From Candidatus Bathyarchaeota archaeon (lineage in GTDB: Archaea; Thermoproteota; Bathyarchaeia; Bathyarchaeales; DTEX01): a stretch of 64,000 bases of DNA. Position 1 is the stretch's first letter. Each line of letters begins with the position of its first letter. The stretch lies in contig JAGTQB010000007.1 of NCBI GenBank assembly GCA_018396995.1, positions 10,170 through 74,169 of the forward strand. The letters are read 5' to 3'. Positions 1 through 7,954 of the stretch are shown here, piece after piece. The notes beneath the pieces were generated by a model. The model ran no database searches. It was not told the DNA's origin and saw only the letters and a program-made list of their open reading frames with translations. The translations under genes were made by a program, and so were the position numbers.

Positions 1-2
1 TC

Positions 3-155
3 TGTAAGGCTTATGGGGAGGTTCAGGTGGGTACTCCACTAGCGATAATTGGAAGCTGTAATCTCCTTGAGATCTCGGTTAATCAGGGAGATGCCTCTGC
101 CTATTTCGGCGCCAATGTTGGCGAAAAAATACGCATTTACAGGAAAAACCTCTAG
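3..155 (+). CDS. C-terminal fragment of a DUF62 / SAM hydroxide adenosyltransferase-like protein (5' end outside window)
   Basis: Frame 3 is open from the window edge to TAG 153-155. It reads CKAYGEVQVGTPLAIIGSCNLLEISVNQGDASAYFGANVGEKIRIYRKNL. The LAIIGS..LLEISVNQG.A pattern resembles the C-terminal end of DUF62 proteins. Recognition from memory only. Confidence 0.4.
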   Translation, partial: CKAYGEVQVGTPLAIIGSCNLLEISVNQGDASAYFGANVGEKIRIYRKNL

Positions 156-1108
156 CGCTCCCTTCCTATAACTTGCGCTCCGCATCCTGGTTTGGCGCAT
201 AACGGCTTACTTTTTACGCCAACCTCCTTAAAAGCATCCCTCATTACTAATGCAACTTCGTTAGCATTCACCTTTTCGGAATCTACTAGAGCTATTACTG
301 ATGGCCCAGCCCCACTTATAGCGACCCCAGCGGCCCCAGCTTTAAGAGCTGCCTCCTTAACGTGGCTTAATCCCGGAATCAGGTGTGCTCTCGCGGGTTC
401 GATGATGGCATCCATCATGCCCTTACCCATAACCTCAATGCTATTTAATGCTATTCCGGCTATAAAGGCTGCGGCCCGACCAATATTGTAAACCATACTT
501 GAGAGGCTGACCTGCTTTGGCAGGACGGATCTCGCTAGTCTCGTGTCAACCTTTATCTCTGGTATAACTATTGCGAACTCGGCGTTCGGTGGAAGCTTCA
601 ACTTTAATACCTCAAGTGGCTCTCTAGAGACTATTAGTGTGAAGTCTCCCAAAATTGCGGCTGAGACGTTATCTGCGTGTGGTGAACCAGCAGAGGCAAC
701 TTCACCCATTGCCGCCGTCTCTATTAATTGAATTGGCGTTAAATTTAAGCCTAGAAGATCGTTTATGGCCACGGCGGTTGCTGCAGCACTTGCGGCACTA
801 CTACCCAATCCGCTTCCAGGCCTTATACCCTTATATACTCTTATCATCAGGCCGCATCTCTCCCTAGCCCTCTTCAGCATCTCCATTGCAACTATACCTG
901 CGGTATTTTTTTCCGGCTCAACAGGTATCTCTCTAGAACCCTCTCCGTAAACCTCAATCTTAATTGCCTCGTCATTTATTTTCTCAACGGTAACCTTATC
1001 AAATAGAGCATTAAGGGCGACTCCGAAGACGTCAAAGCCAGCTCCGAGGTTTGCTGATGTTGCTGGCGCAACCGCTTCAATTAATGTTAAACCCAAAGGC
1101 ACCACCAA
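152..1108 (-). CDS. thrB: Homoserine kinase (GHMP kinase family)
   Basis: 318 aa. N-terminal APATSANLGAGFDVFG and the GHMP phosphate-binding loop PGSGLGSSAASAAA are typical of ThrB. Confidence 0.85.
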   Translation of the reverse strand: MVVPLGLTLIEAVAPATSANLGAGFDVFGVALNALFDKVTVEKINDEAIKIEVYGEGSREIPVEPEKNTAGIVAMEMLKRARERCGLMIRVYKGIRPGSGLGSSAASAAATAVAINDLLGLNLTPIQLIETAAMGEVASAGSPHADNVSAAILGDFTLIVSREPLEVLKLKLPPNAEFAIVIPEIKVDTRLARSVLPKQVSLSSMVYNIGRAAAFIAGIALNSIEVMGKGMMDAIIEPARAHLIPGLSHVKEAALKAGAAGVAISGAGPSVIALVDSEKVNANEVALVMRDAFKEVGVKSKPLCAKPGCGAQVIGRER

Positions 1109-1258
1109 AAACTAATTCCCTCCACCAACCTAGTTAAGTTTATCCTTAAAAGCGATTAGCAAGATCTGGCGCAGCAAACTTTTATTTCAGATAACTTAAT
1201 AGTTTATATTTGGGCAATTCACCTTTTTCAATAATCAATTGTCTAATGGTGTGTTGCG

Positions 1259-2707
1259 ATGACCGTCCCGCTAGAAAGAGTCGACAAATATGTTTGGCGC
1301 ATACCGAAGTATAGGCCTGGCATGCGTGTTCCAGGCGTGGTTTTTGCAGATGATGATCTGCTTGAAAAGATGAAGACCGATAAAACCCTTGAGCAGTGCG
1401 CTAATGTCGCTTATTTGCCCGGCATATATAAGTACTCCATAACCCTGCCAGACGGCCACGAGGGGTATGGCTTCCCAATAGGCGGCGTAGCGGCAACAGA
1501 TTATGAGGAGGGAGTGATTAGCCCAGGCGGTGTGGGATATGACATAAACTGTGGTGTAAGGGTTCTTGTAACAAATCTTTCGGAGAAGGATATCAGGCCT
1601 AAGCTAAGTGATCTGGCAACAACAATATTCCATAATGTTCCATGCGGTCTTGGCAGCCACAGAAAGGACTTCTCAGTCTCCATGAATGAGCTTGATAAAA
1701 TAACTAGGGAGGGTGTACCTTACTTAGTGGATAAGGGCTATGGATGGAAGGAAGATATCGAGCACTGCGAGGAGCGTGGCTGCATGCCAGGTGCAAACCC
1801 AGATAAAGTTTCGAGTACGGCGAAGAGGAGAGGCGCTCCGGAGCTAGGGACACTTGGCTCAGGAAACCATTTCCTAGAAATACAGAAGGTTGATAAGATA
1901 TTTAATGAGAGGGTTGCGAAGGCTTTTGGGATAACCCATGAAGGCCAGGTTACCGTGATGATTCATTGTGGCTCTCGTGGGTATGGGCATCAGATATGCT
2001 CTGATTACTTAAGAGTTATGGAGAGGGCTGTGCACAAGTATCGTATAGAGTTGCCGGATAGGGAGCTCGCATGCGCACCAGGTAAGAGCCAGGAGGCTCA
2101 AGACTACTATGAGGCTATGGCATGCGCAGTTAATTATGCATTTGCAAATAGGCACATGATAACCCACTGGGTTAGACAGAGTTTTGAGCAGGTGTTTAAA
2201 ACCTCCGCTGATAAGCTCGGCCTACACTTACTCTATGATGTGGCGCATAACATTGCTAAGATCGAGGAGCACACCGTTGATGGCAAGACTGTTAAAGTTT
2301 GGGTTCATAGGAAGGGCGCTACAAGAGCCTTTCCACCGGGCCATAAGGATGTACCGGCAGACTATAGGAGTTATGGTCAACCAGTGATAATACCTGGTTC
2401 AATGGGAACGAGTTCATGGGTTCTGGTGGGCACCCAAAAGGCTATGGATATAACCTTTGGTTCAACAGCTCATGGCGCTGGTAGGATGCTGAGCCGCGCG
2501 GCCGCAACAAAGCGTTTCACTGGAAGCGAGATAAAGAGGCAGCTTGAGAGTAGGGGAATAATTGTCAGGGCTGCCAGCATGGCGGTCCTAGCTGAGGAAG
2601 CGGATCCAGCCTACAAGAATGTTGACAGGGTTGCTGAAGTAAGTAACGCCGTTGGAATAGCGACGTATGTTGCTAGACTAATTCCGCTGGCAGTAATTAA
2701 AGGTTAA
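1259..2707 (+). CDS. rtcB: RNA-splicing ligase RtcB (3'-phosphate/5'-hydroxy RNA ligase)
   Basis: 482 aa. Shows the RtcB hallmarks GYDINCGVR, GSGNHFLE and the C-terminal HGAGR. Confidence 0.95.
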   Translation: MTVPLERVDKYVWRIPKYRPGMRVPGVVFADDDLLEKMKTDKTLEQCANVAYLPGIYKYSITLPDGHEGYGFPIGGVAATDYEEGVISPGGVGYDINCGVRVLVTNLSEKDIRPKLSDLATTIFHNVPCGLGSHRKDFSVSMNELDKITREGVPYLVDKGYGWKEDIEHCEERGCMPGANPDKVSSTAKRRGAPELGTLGSGNHFLEIQKVDKIFNERVAKAFGITHEGQVTVMIHCGSRGYGHQICSDYLRVMERAVHKYRIELPDRELACAPGKSQEAQDYYEAMACAVNYAFANRHMITHWVRQSFEQVFKTSADKLGLHLLYDVAHNIAKIEEHTVDGKTVKVWVHRKGATRAFPPGHKDVPADYRSYGQPVIIPGSMGTSSWVLVGTQKAMDITFGSTAHGAGRMLSRAAATKRFTGSEIKRQLESRGIIVRAASMAVLAEEADPAYKNVDRVAEVSNAVGIATYVARLIPLAVIKG

Positions 2708-3462
2708 TAAAAATCAACTATTCTCTTACCCTTATCATTTTTTGTATCACTGTTCCCTCCTCCCCCCATGTATACTGTATGTAGGACTTCTTTTACTTTC
2801 TCAGTCGTCTTTGGGCCGAGCCCATAGATATCTTTCGGCCACCTTTCGACATTGGCTAACGCATTAAAGGGGGTCTTATAGACTTTAAGTAGGTTTATGG
2901 CCCTCTCTCTTCCAATATTTGGTAGGCTTGCTAAAAAGAATATCTGCGCATCGGTTACTGTTTCTAGCTTTTTAATTGGGTGGACAGCTGGCTCCCTCTT
3001 CTCCTCAAACTGCTCCTGCTTAGCAGAGGTGTATAATAGGATTGCAGTTTCCCTATGATTTATCGTGTTAATTACACCTATACCATTCTTTGCCAGGGTG
3101 AATATTGCACCCCATACAGCTGAAGGGCTTATCTTACTAAATTTATAAATTAGCGGGAAGTAACCTTCAATTAGCAGAAATGGCTTCTCATATGCCTCCT
3201 TAAGGAGGAAGATCTGCTCAAATAGATCCCGGCGCGTGAGTGTGTTAACAAAGTCCTGTACGGTTTTTCGCTCAAATGCGCATTTATCGGAGATTATATA
3301 GTCCCCTTTATCAAGCGCTTCAATCCTTATCATCGCGCCCAGCTCTTTGAGTCCTTCAACAACCTTCGGCGCCGCACTCGCCTCTCTACTATCAACGATT
3401 ACTATTGGCTGATCCCCACCTCCACTTTTAATATAAGGTATCAGGGTTCCTGAACCCACCAT
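2704..3462 (-). CDS. xpf: Short-form XPF/ERCC4 structure-specific endonuclease with C-terminal HhH2 and a PIP-like tail
   Basis: 252 aa. ERCC4 active-site pattern GDYII..x..ERKTVQD. A helix-hairpin-helix region (LPNIGRERAINLL...IYGLGPKTTEKV) is followed by a Gly-rich linker. The extreme C-terminus KRIVDFY fits the hydrophobic part of a PCNA-interaction motif. No helicase domain, so this is the crenarchaeal short type. Confidence 0.8.
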   Translation of the reverse strand: MVGSGTLIPYIKSGGGDQPIVIVDSREASAAPKVVEGLKELGAMIRIEALDKGDYIISDKCAFERKTVQDFVNTLTRRDLFEQIFLLKEAYEKPFLLIEGYFPLIYKFSKISPSAVWGAIFTLAKNGIGVINTINHRETAILLYTSAKQEQFEEKREPAVHPIKKLETVTDAQIFFLASLPNIGRERAINLLKVYKTPFNALANVERWPKDIYGLGPKTTEKVKEVLHTVYMGGGGNSDTKNDKGKRIVDFY

Positions 3463-3562
3463 AACGTATCTCCAAACTAACTGACTGTAAAATTTTTATC
3501 TCCCGTCTCCTTAAATATTTTTTAGATATAAAAATAGCATATTTTAGACAGAAAAGACAAAA

Positions 3563-6500
3563 GTGAAGTCAACTGTGATGGCTGAAACTGTAATTGAGGG
3601 TCTAATGGCGATATATCGTGGAATGTGTCCGAATTGCGGAGGGGATATTAGCGACACAGAGCTGTTAAGCACTGGTGTCTGCAGAAAATGCTTACCGGAG
3701 CAGGTAGCTGATAAAGAAAAGGTCTATTTAGAGTTGGTTAAGAGGGGTCGTATTGGCGAGTACACGAACATTTTAGAAGTCGAGTTTGAGCTTAAGAGAT
3801 TCTCTGAATTCTTTAGCTTACTTATTGGGTCTAGGCCGTGGGCGCTTCAGGAGGTTTGGGCTAAGCGAGTCTTAATGGGTAGGAGCTTTTCTATAGTTGC
3901 ACCGACTGGTATAGGGAAGACACATTTTGGGCTTATAATGGCCCTATACTTAGCCCGTAAAGGGAAGAAAAGCTACATAATGGTTCCAACAAGCCTCTTG
4001 GTTAAACACCTATTGGATAGAGCAAGCTTCTTCCTTGAAAAATTAGCTGCGAGGGGAGAGCCAAAACCTACAGTTATAGGCTACTATTCTGGGATGCGGA
4101 AGAAGGAGATGGAGGAAACCCTAGAGCGAATTAGAAACAAGGACTTCTCAATATTGATTACGACTGATAGATTCCTCTACAATAGGTTTGAGCTGATTAA
4201 GGATGTAAACTTTGACTTCATATTCGTTGATGATGTAGACTCATTTCTGAAATCTCCGAAGAACATTGATAAAGTCGTTCTCTTAATGGGCTTCAGCATT
4301 GATGATATCGAGAGGGCTCTTAAAGAAGAGGAGAAGAAAGAGCCTATAAAAGCTGTTCCCGTAGCATCAGTGCGATTTAATCCAGGAAGAGTTCTCGTTG
4401 TCTCTGGAGCTACATTGAGGGGAAAGAGGACGAAGAGGATAAAGATTTTTAGGAGATTATTCGGCTTTGAGCCGGGCTTCAGCCCAGAATTTGTTAGGAA
4501 TATATCAAATCTTTATATTAAATCTAAGGGAAACGTCACAGCGGAGACTGTGGAGATAATTAGGAGACATGGATCAGGCTGCTTAATCTTCGTCCCACAG
4601 GTTAAAGGTTTAGAGTATGCTAGAGAGATTGCGCTTGCTCTTAAGGAGGCTGGGATAAGCGCCTTTGTATATGAGCGTATGAGCCCAAGAATGTTGGAGA
4701 AGTTTGTTAATGGTGAGTACGCGGCTCTTGTTGGTGTTGCAAGTAATAGAAGTCCATTGGCTAGGGGATTAGATCTTCCAGAGACAATAAGATATGTCGT
4801 CTTCGCTGGTGTTCCGAGGAGGGAGATAAAAGTTAGCGTTAATGAATGCAGTCCACAGAAGATCTTAACGTTACTCAGGGCCCTTGCACCATTCTTCGAG
4901 GAGAAATTTAGTAGAGAAGCAGCTCCAGTGATAGCAGCCCTTTCCAAAATAGTTCCGGTAACAAAGAATATAATTGATAAGATTAGAGAAGCAGACGAGA
5001 AAAATATTGAGTTAGACGGCTTCGCCGGGCATGTTCAGAGGATCGTTAAGGAGGCCAGGAAGCTTCTAGTTAGGATAATGGAGGACATAGATCTAAGGAA
5101 GGTTACTGAGAGACTTGATGTGGATGTGAAGATTGAGGGGAATGAATATATTCTAGTTATACCTGACGTCGACGGCTACATACAGGCGTCTGGCAGGTCA
5201 TCAAGGTTTTATGCCATGGGGATAAGCCGCGGCGTGTCCATACTTATAGTAGAAGATGAGAAAGCATTTTATGGGCTTAGCAAAAGGATACAGCTGGTCA
5301 CCGAAGAGGAGTTTGAGGAATACTCCCTTGAGAAGGCTCAGGAAGAATTTAGGCAGGTGGATAGAGATAGGGAAATAATTAAGAGGATACGGAGGGGCGA
5401 GTTTACGATAGACGCCGTTGATATCATTAGATCCGCGCTGATAGTTGTAGAGTCACCAACAAAAGCTAGGACAATAGCTTTCTTCTTCGGTAGGCCCGCA
5501 AAGAGGAATATAGGTGACTTCACAGTTTATGAGGTTGCAAGCGGCCAAATGATATTAAATGTTGTTGCCTCTGGGGGACATGTATTTGACTTAACAACTG
5601 AGGGGGGCTTCCATGGGGTCTTAAAGGAGAATGGTTTATACATCCCGGCATATACAGACATAAGAAAATGTAATAACTGCGGTGAACAGTTCACTGATCG
5701 AGATGAATGCCCATCTTGTGGATCAAAAGATATTCGTTCAAAGAGGAGTGTTATTGAGCTGATCCAGAAGCTTGCTACGGAGGTAAACAAGGTATTTATT
5801 GCAACTGACCCGGATGCTGAAGGCGAGAAGATAGGGTATGACATCTATGTAATGGTTAAACCATACTGCAGAAATGTTGAGAGACTTGAGTTCCACGAAG
5901 TTACGCGTAGGGCTCTTAGGAAAGCCCTGACTGAACCTAGGAGCATAAGGCTGCCATATGTTCAGGCGCAGGTCGTTAGGAGGATTGAGGATAGGTGGGT
6001 TGGGTTTGAGCTCAGCAGGAAGCTGTGGGAGAGGTTTAAGATGCAGAGCCTATCGGCTGGTAGGGTGCAAACCCCTGTTCTCGGATGGGTTATAAAGCGT
6101 GTCGAGGAGCTAAAAAACAAGATTCCCGTCGCCGAGATTCTACTTGAAAATGGTCTTTCAGTGAGGATTGTTAACCCGCCGAACGTTGAGGAGTTAAAGA
6201 GGAAGTTTAAGGATGGTGAACTTATAGCGAGAATCGAGGGGATATCCTTCCGTGAAGACAAAGTTTATCCACAGCCACCATATACAACCGATAGTATGCT
6301 TAAGGACGCTGCGCAGAAGCTGGGTTTCACAGTTGGATACACCATGGGGTTAGCCCAGACACTGTTCGAATCGGGTCTAATAACGTATCATAGAACAGAT
6401 GCGACGACGGTGTCAACAACCGGCATAGATATAGCACGCCGTTATATTGAGGAGAATCATCCAGGCTTGTTTAAGCCAAGAGAATATAGGGGCGAGGGTG

Positions 6501-7150
6501 CGCATGAATGTATAAGACCAACTAAGCCCCTAAACCTTAAGCAGCTACGCTTCTATTTATCCTCCGGGGTTCTTAGGATTCCCCAGAAGCTCGGCGCCGA
6601 CCACCTAAAATTATACGACATGATATTTAGGAGATTCATTGCCAGCCAAATGAGTGATGCAAAGATTTTGGTCCAGGAGTTTACGTTGGAGATTGATGGC
6701 GTCGAGGTGAGACAGAGCAGGGTTGTAAAAGTTCTTGAGCAGGGCTTTTTAGCGGTTAATCCAATCATCAGGATTGATGAGGAGGTTCATGAGGGAGAAT
6801 ATAAGGTTGTGAAGTTAAGGGTTAAAAAAGAGCCGACTGTTAGGCCATATCGTGAAGGAGACTTGATAGCGCTTATGAAGGAGAGGGGCATTGGGAGACC
6901 AAGCACATACTCAAAAATAATTGACATACTCTTGAAGAGGCGGTACGTTATTGAGAATAAAAGGGCTTTATTCAGCACGAGGCTTGGAAGGACAGTATAT
7001 AATTATTTAGTCGAAAAGTTCAGTTCACTCGTATCAGAGGATTTGACTAGAAATCTTGAGAGGACTATTGATGCTATAGAGAATGGACAGGCACGATATC
7101 AGGACGTTTTAAGGGCCATTGAAAATGAAATAAGAAGTATAATAGGATAG
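3563..7150 (+). CDS. rgy: Reverse gyrase (helicase-like domain fused to type IA topoisomerase)
   Basis: 1195 aa, GTG start. N-terminal zinc ribbon CPNCGG...CRKC. Walker A APTGIGKT and motif II DDVD. Toprim region and a second zinc ribbon CNNCGE...CPSCGS. Type IA active-site ITYHRTD. Uninterrupted single polypeptide. Confidence 0.97.
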   Translation: MKSTVMAETVIEGLMAIYRGMCPNCGGDISDTELLSTGVCRKCLPEQVADKEKVYLELVKRGRIGEYTNILEVEFELKRFSEFFSLLIGSRPWALQEVWAKRVLMGRSFSIVAPTGIGKTHFGLIMALYLARKGKKSYIMVPTSLLVKHLLDRASFFLEKLAARGEPKPTVIGYYSGMRKKEMEETLERIRNKDFSILITTDRFLYNRFELIKDVNFDFIFVDDVDSFLKSPKNIDKVVLLMGFSIDDIERALKEEEKKEPIKAVPVASVRFNPGRVLVVSGATLRGKRTKRIKIFRRLFGFEPGFSPEFVRNISNLYIKSKGNVTAETVEIIRRHGSGCLIFVPQVKGLEYAREIALALKEAGISAFVYERMSPRMLEKFVNGEYAALVGVASNRSPLARGLDLPETIRYVVFAGVPRREIKVSVNECSPQKILTLLRALAPFFEEKFSREAAPVIAALSKIVPVTKNIIDKIREADEKNIELDGFAGHVQRIVKEARKLLVRIMEDIDLRKVTERLDVDVKIEGNEYILVIPDVDGYIQASGRSSRFYAMGISRGVSILIVEDEKAFYGLSKRIQLVTEEEFEEYSLEKAQEEFRQVDRDREIIKRIRRGEFTIDAVDIIRSALIVVESPTKARTIAFFFGRPAKRNIGDFTVYEVASGQMILNVVASGGHVFDLTTEGGFHGVLKENGLYIPAYTDIRKCNNCGEQFTDRDECPSCGSKDIRSKRSVIELIQKLATEVNKVFIATDPDAEGEKIGYDIYVMVKPYCRNVERLEFHEVTRRALRKALTEPRSIRLPYVQAQVVRRIEDRWVGFELSRKLWERFKMQSLSAGRVQTPVLGWVIKRVEELKNKIPVAEILLENGLSVRIVNPPNVEELKRKFKDGELIARIEGISFREDKVYPQPPYTTDSMLKDAAQKLGFTVGYTMGLAQTLFESGLITYHRTDATTVSTTGIDIARRYIEENHPGLFKPREYRGEGAHECIRPTKPLNLKQLRFYLSSGVLRIPQKLGADHLKLYDMIFRRFIASQMSDAKILVQEFTLEIDGVEVRQSRVVKVLEQGFLAVNPIIRIDEEVHEGEYKVVKLRVKKEPTVRPYREGDLIALMKERGIGRPSTYSKIIDILLKRRYVIENKRALFSTRLGRTVYNYLVEKFSSLVSEDLTRNLERTIDAIENGQARYQDVLRAIENEIRSIIG

Positions 7151-7181
7151 TTTAGATTATACACCTCAATTACATGATTCT

Positions 7182-7658
7182 TTACATTTGTAGGAGCGGC
7201 AACCTATTTATTAAATTGAGGCAATACTCGTCCCTTAAGAACCTTTCAAACTCCTGAAAAACGATGCTTTTAGTCTCATTTACCTTTATGCAGATAGCTC
7301 TTTCAGAATATGCGTCGCTAAAATCGTAGATTGCTGTATGCTTTCGTATATCCTCGTCCTCAGATAAAATTGCAAATATATCTCCTGTAGGCTTCTCCTG
7401 AAAGATCCATGCCATATAAGAGATATCCACTAGTCTATAAAACCTATCACTCTCACGCACCGGGTAGCGTTGATTAAACGCAATTGCTCTAAAAGTCTTT
7501 GGGTGAACCTTCTTTGCACAAATGAAATTGTGGTATTCTCCATTAGCATAAATAATGTCTTCATATGGAGAAACCCACCAGCCCATCAATTTACAATGCC
7601 GCTTAAATTGCCTAACCAAGTCCCAGACCAGAGGTATACTTTTCATCCTCATCTCCAT
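7182..7658 (-). CDS. Hypothetical protein (no recognisable family)
   Basis: 158-aa ORF, Trp/Tyr/Phe-rich, no motif I can name. Sits in a lower-GC stretch between rgy and ABCE1. Confidence 0.4.
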   Translation of the reverse strand: MEMRMKSIPLVWDLVRQFKRHCKLMGWWVSPYEDIIYANGEYHNFICAKKVHPKTFRAIAFNQRYPVRESDRFYRLVDISYMAWIFQEKPTGDIFAILSEDEDIRKHTAIYDFSDAYSERAICIKVNETKSIVFQEFERFLRDEYCLNLINRLPLLQM

Positions 7659-7754
7659 GTAAAAATTGAAACATAATCCACTTTATAAACTATACATATT
7701 CACATTAAGGTTTATTATTAGAAAAATAAAGTTTAGTAGAGCTTTCAAAGAAGA

Positions 7755-7764
7755 TTTTATATAA
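7755..7764 (+). promoter_or_regulatory. TATA-box-like element (TTTTATATAA) upstream of the purine micro-ORF
   Basis: AT-rich TATA-like octamer about 37 nt upstream of ATG 7797. This geometry fits an archaeal promoter with a short leader carrying GGGG. Confidence 0.3.
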
Positions 7765-7787
7765 CTCTTTTTACTCTTTAGAATAAA

Positions 7788-7878
7788 GGGGTTTCCATGC
7801 CAAAGAAGAAAGAAGAGGCGAAGAAGGAGAAGACTGAAGAAAAGGAAAAGAAGAAAAAGAAGTGAATTTGGAAACCCC
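7788..7878. repeat. 9-bp perfect inverted repeat (GGGGTTTCC 7788-7796 / GGAAACCCC 7870-7878) enclosing a polypurine tract
   Basis: Read directly from the sequence. The arms are exact reverse complements. The ~73 nt between them are almost entirely A/G on the + strand. Confidence 0.8.
7797..7865 (+). CDS. Candidate 22-codon Lys/Glu-rich micro-ORF (MPKKKEEAKKEKTEEKEKKKKK)
   Basis: ATG 7797 to TGA 7863-7865, hand-translated. Preceded by GGGG and a TATA-like box. Too short for the ORF track. It could equally be a non-coding purine tract. Confidence 0.2.
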   Translation: MPKKKEEAKKEKTEEKEKKKKK

Positions 7879-7954
7879 ATAATCTTTCTACTTAAACTTT
7901 TTATTTAAGCAAGTTTATCATTTAATCTCCTAGTGGTTTTGGGAGGAGACGGAT

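Noticed and set aside
7683-7880. 65-aa Leu/Phe-rich - strand ORF (looks like a TM peptide)
   Set aside because: Its hydrophobicity follows automatically from reading a polypyrimidine tract. It is not listed as a feature, but it is not fully excluded and is discussed in the micro-ORF finding.
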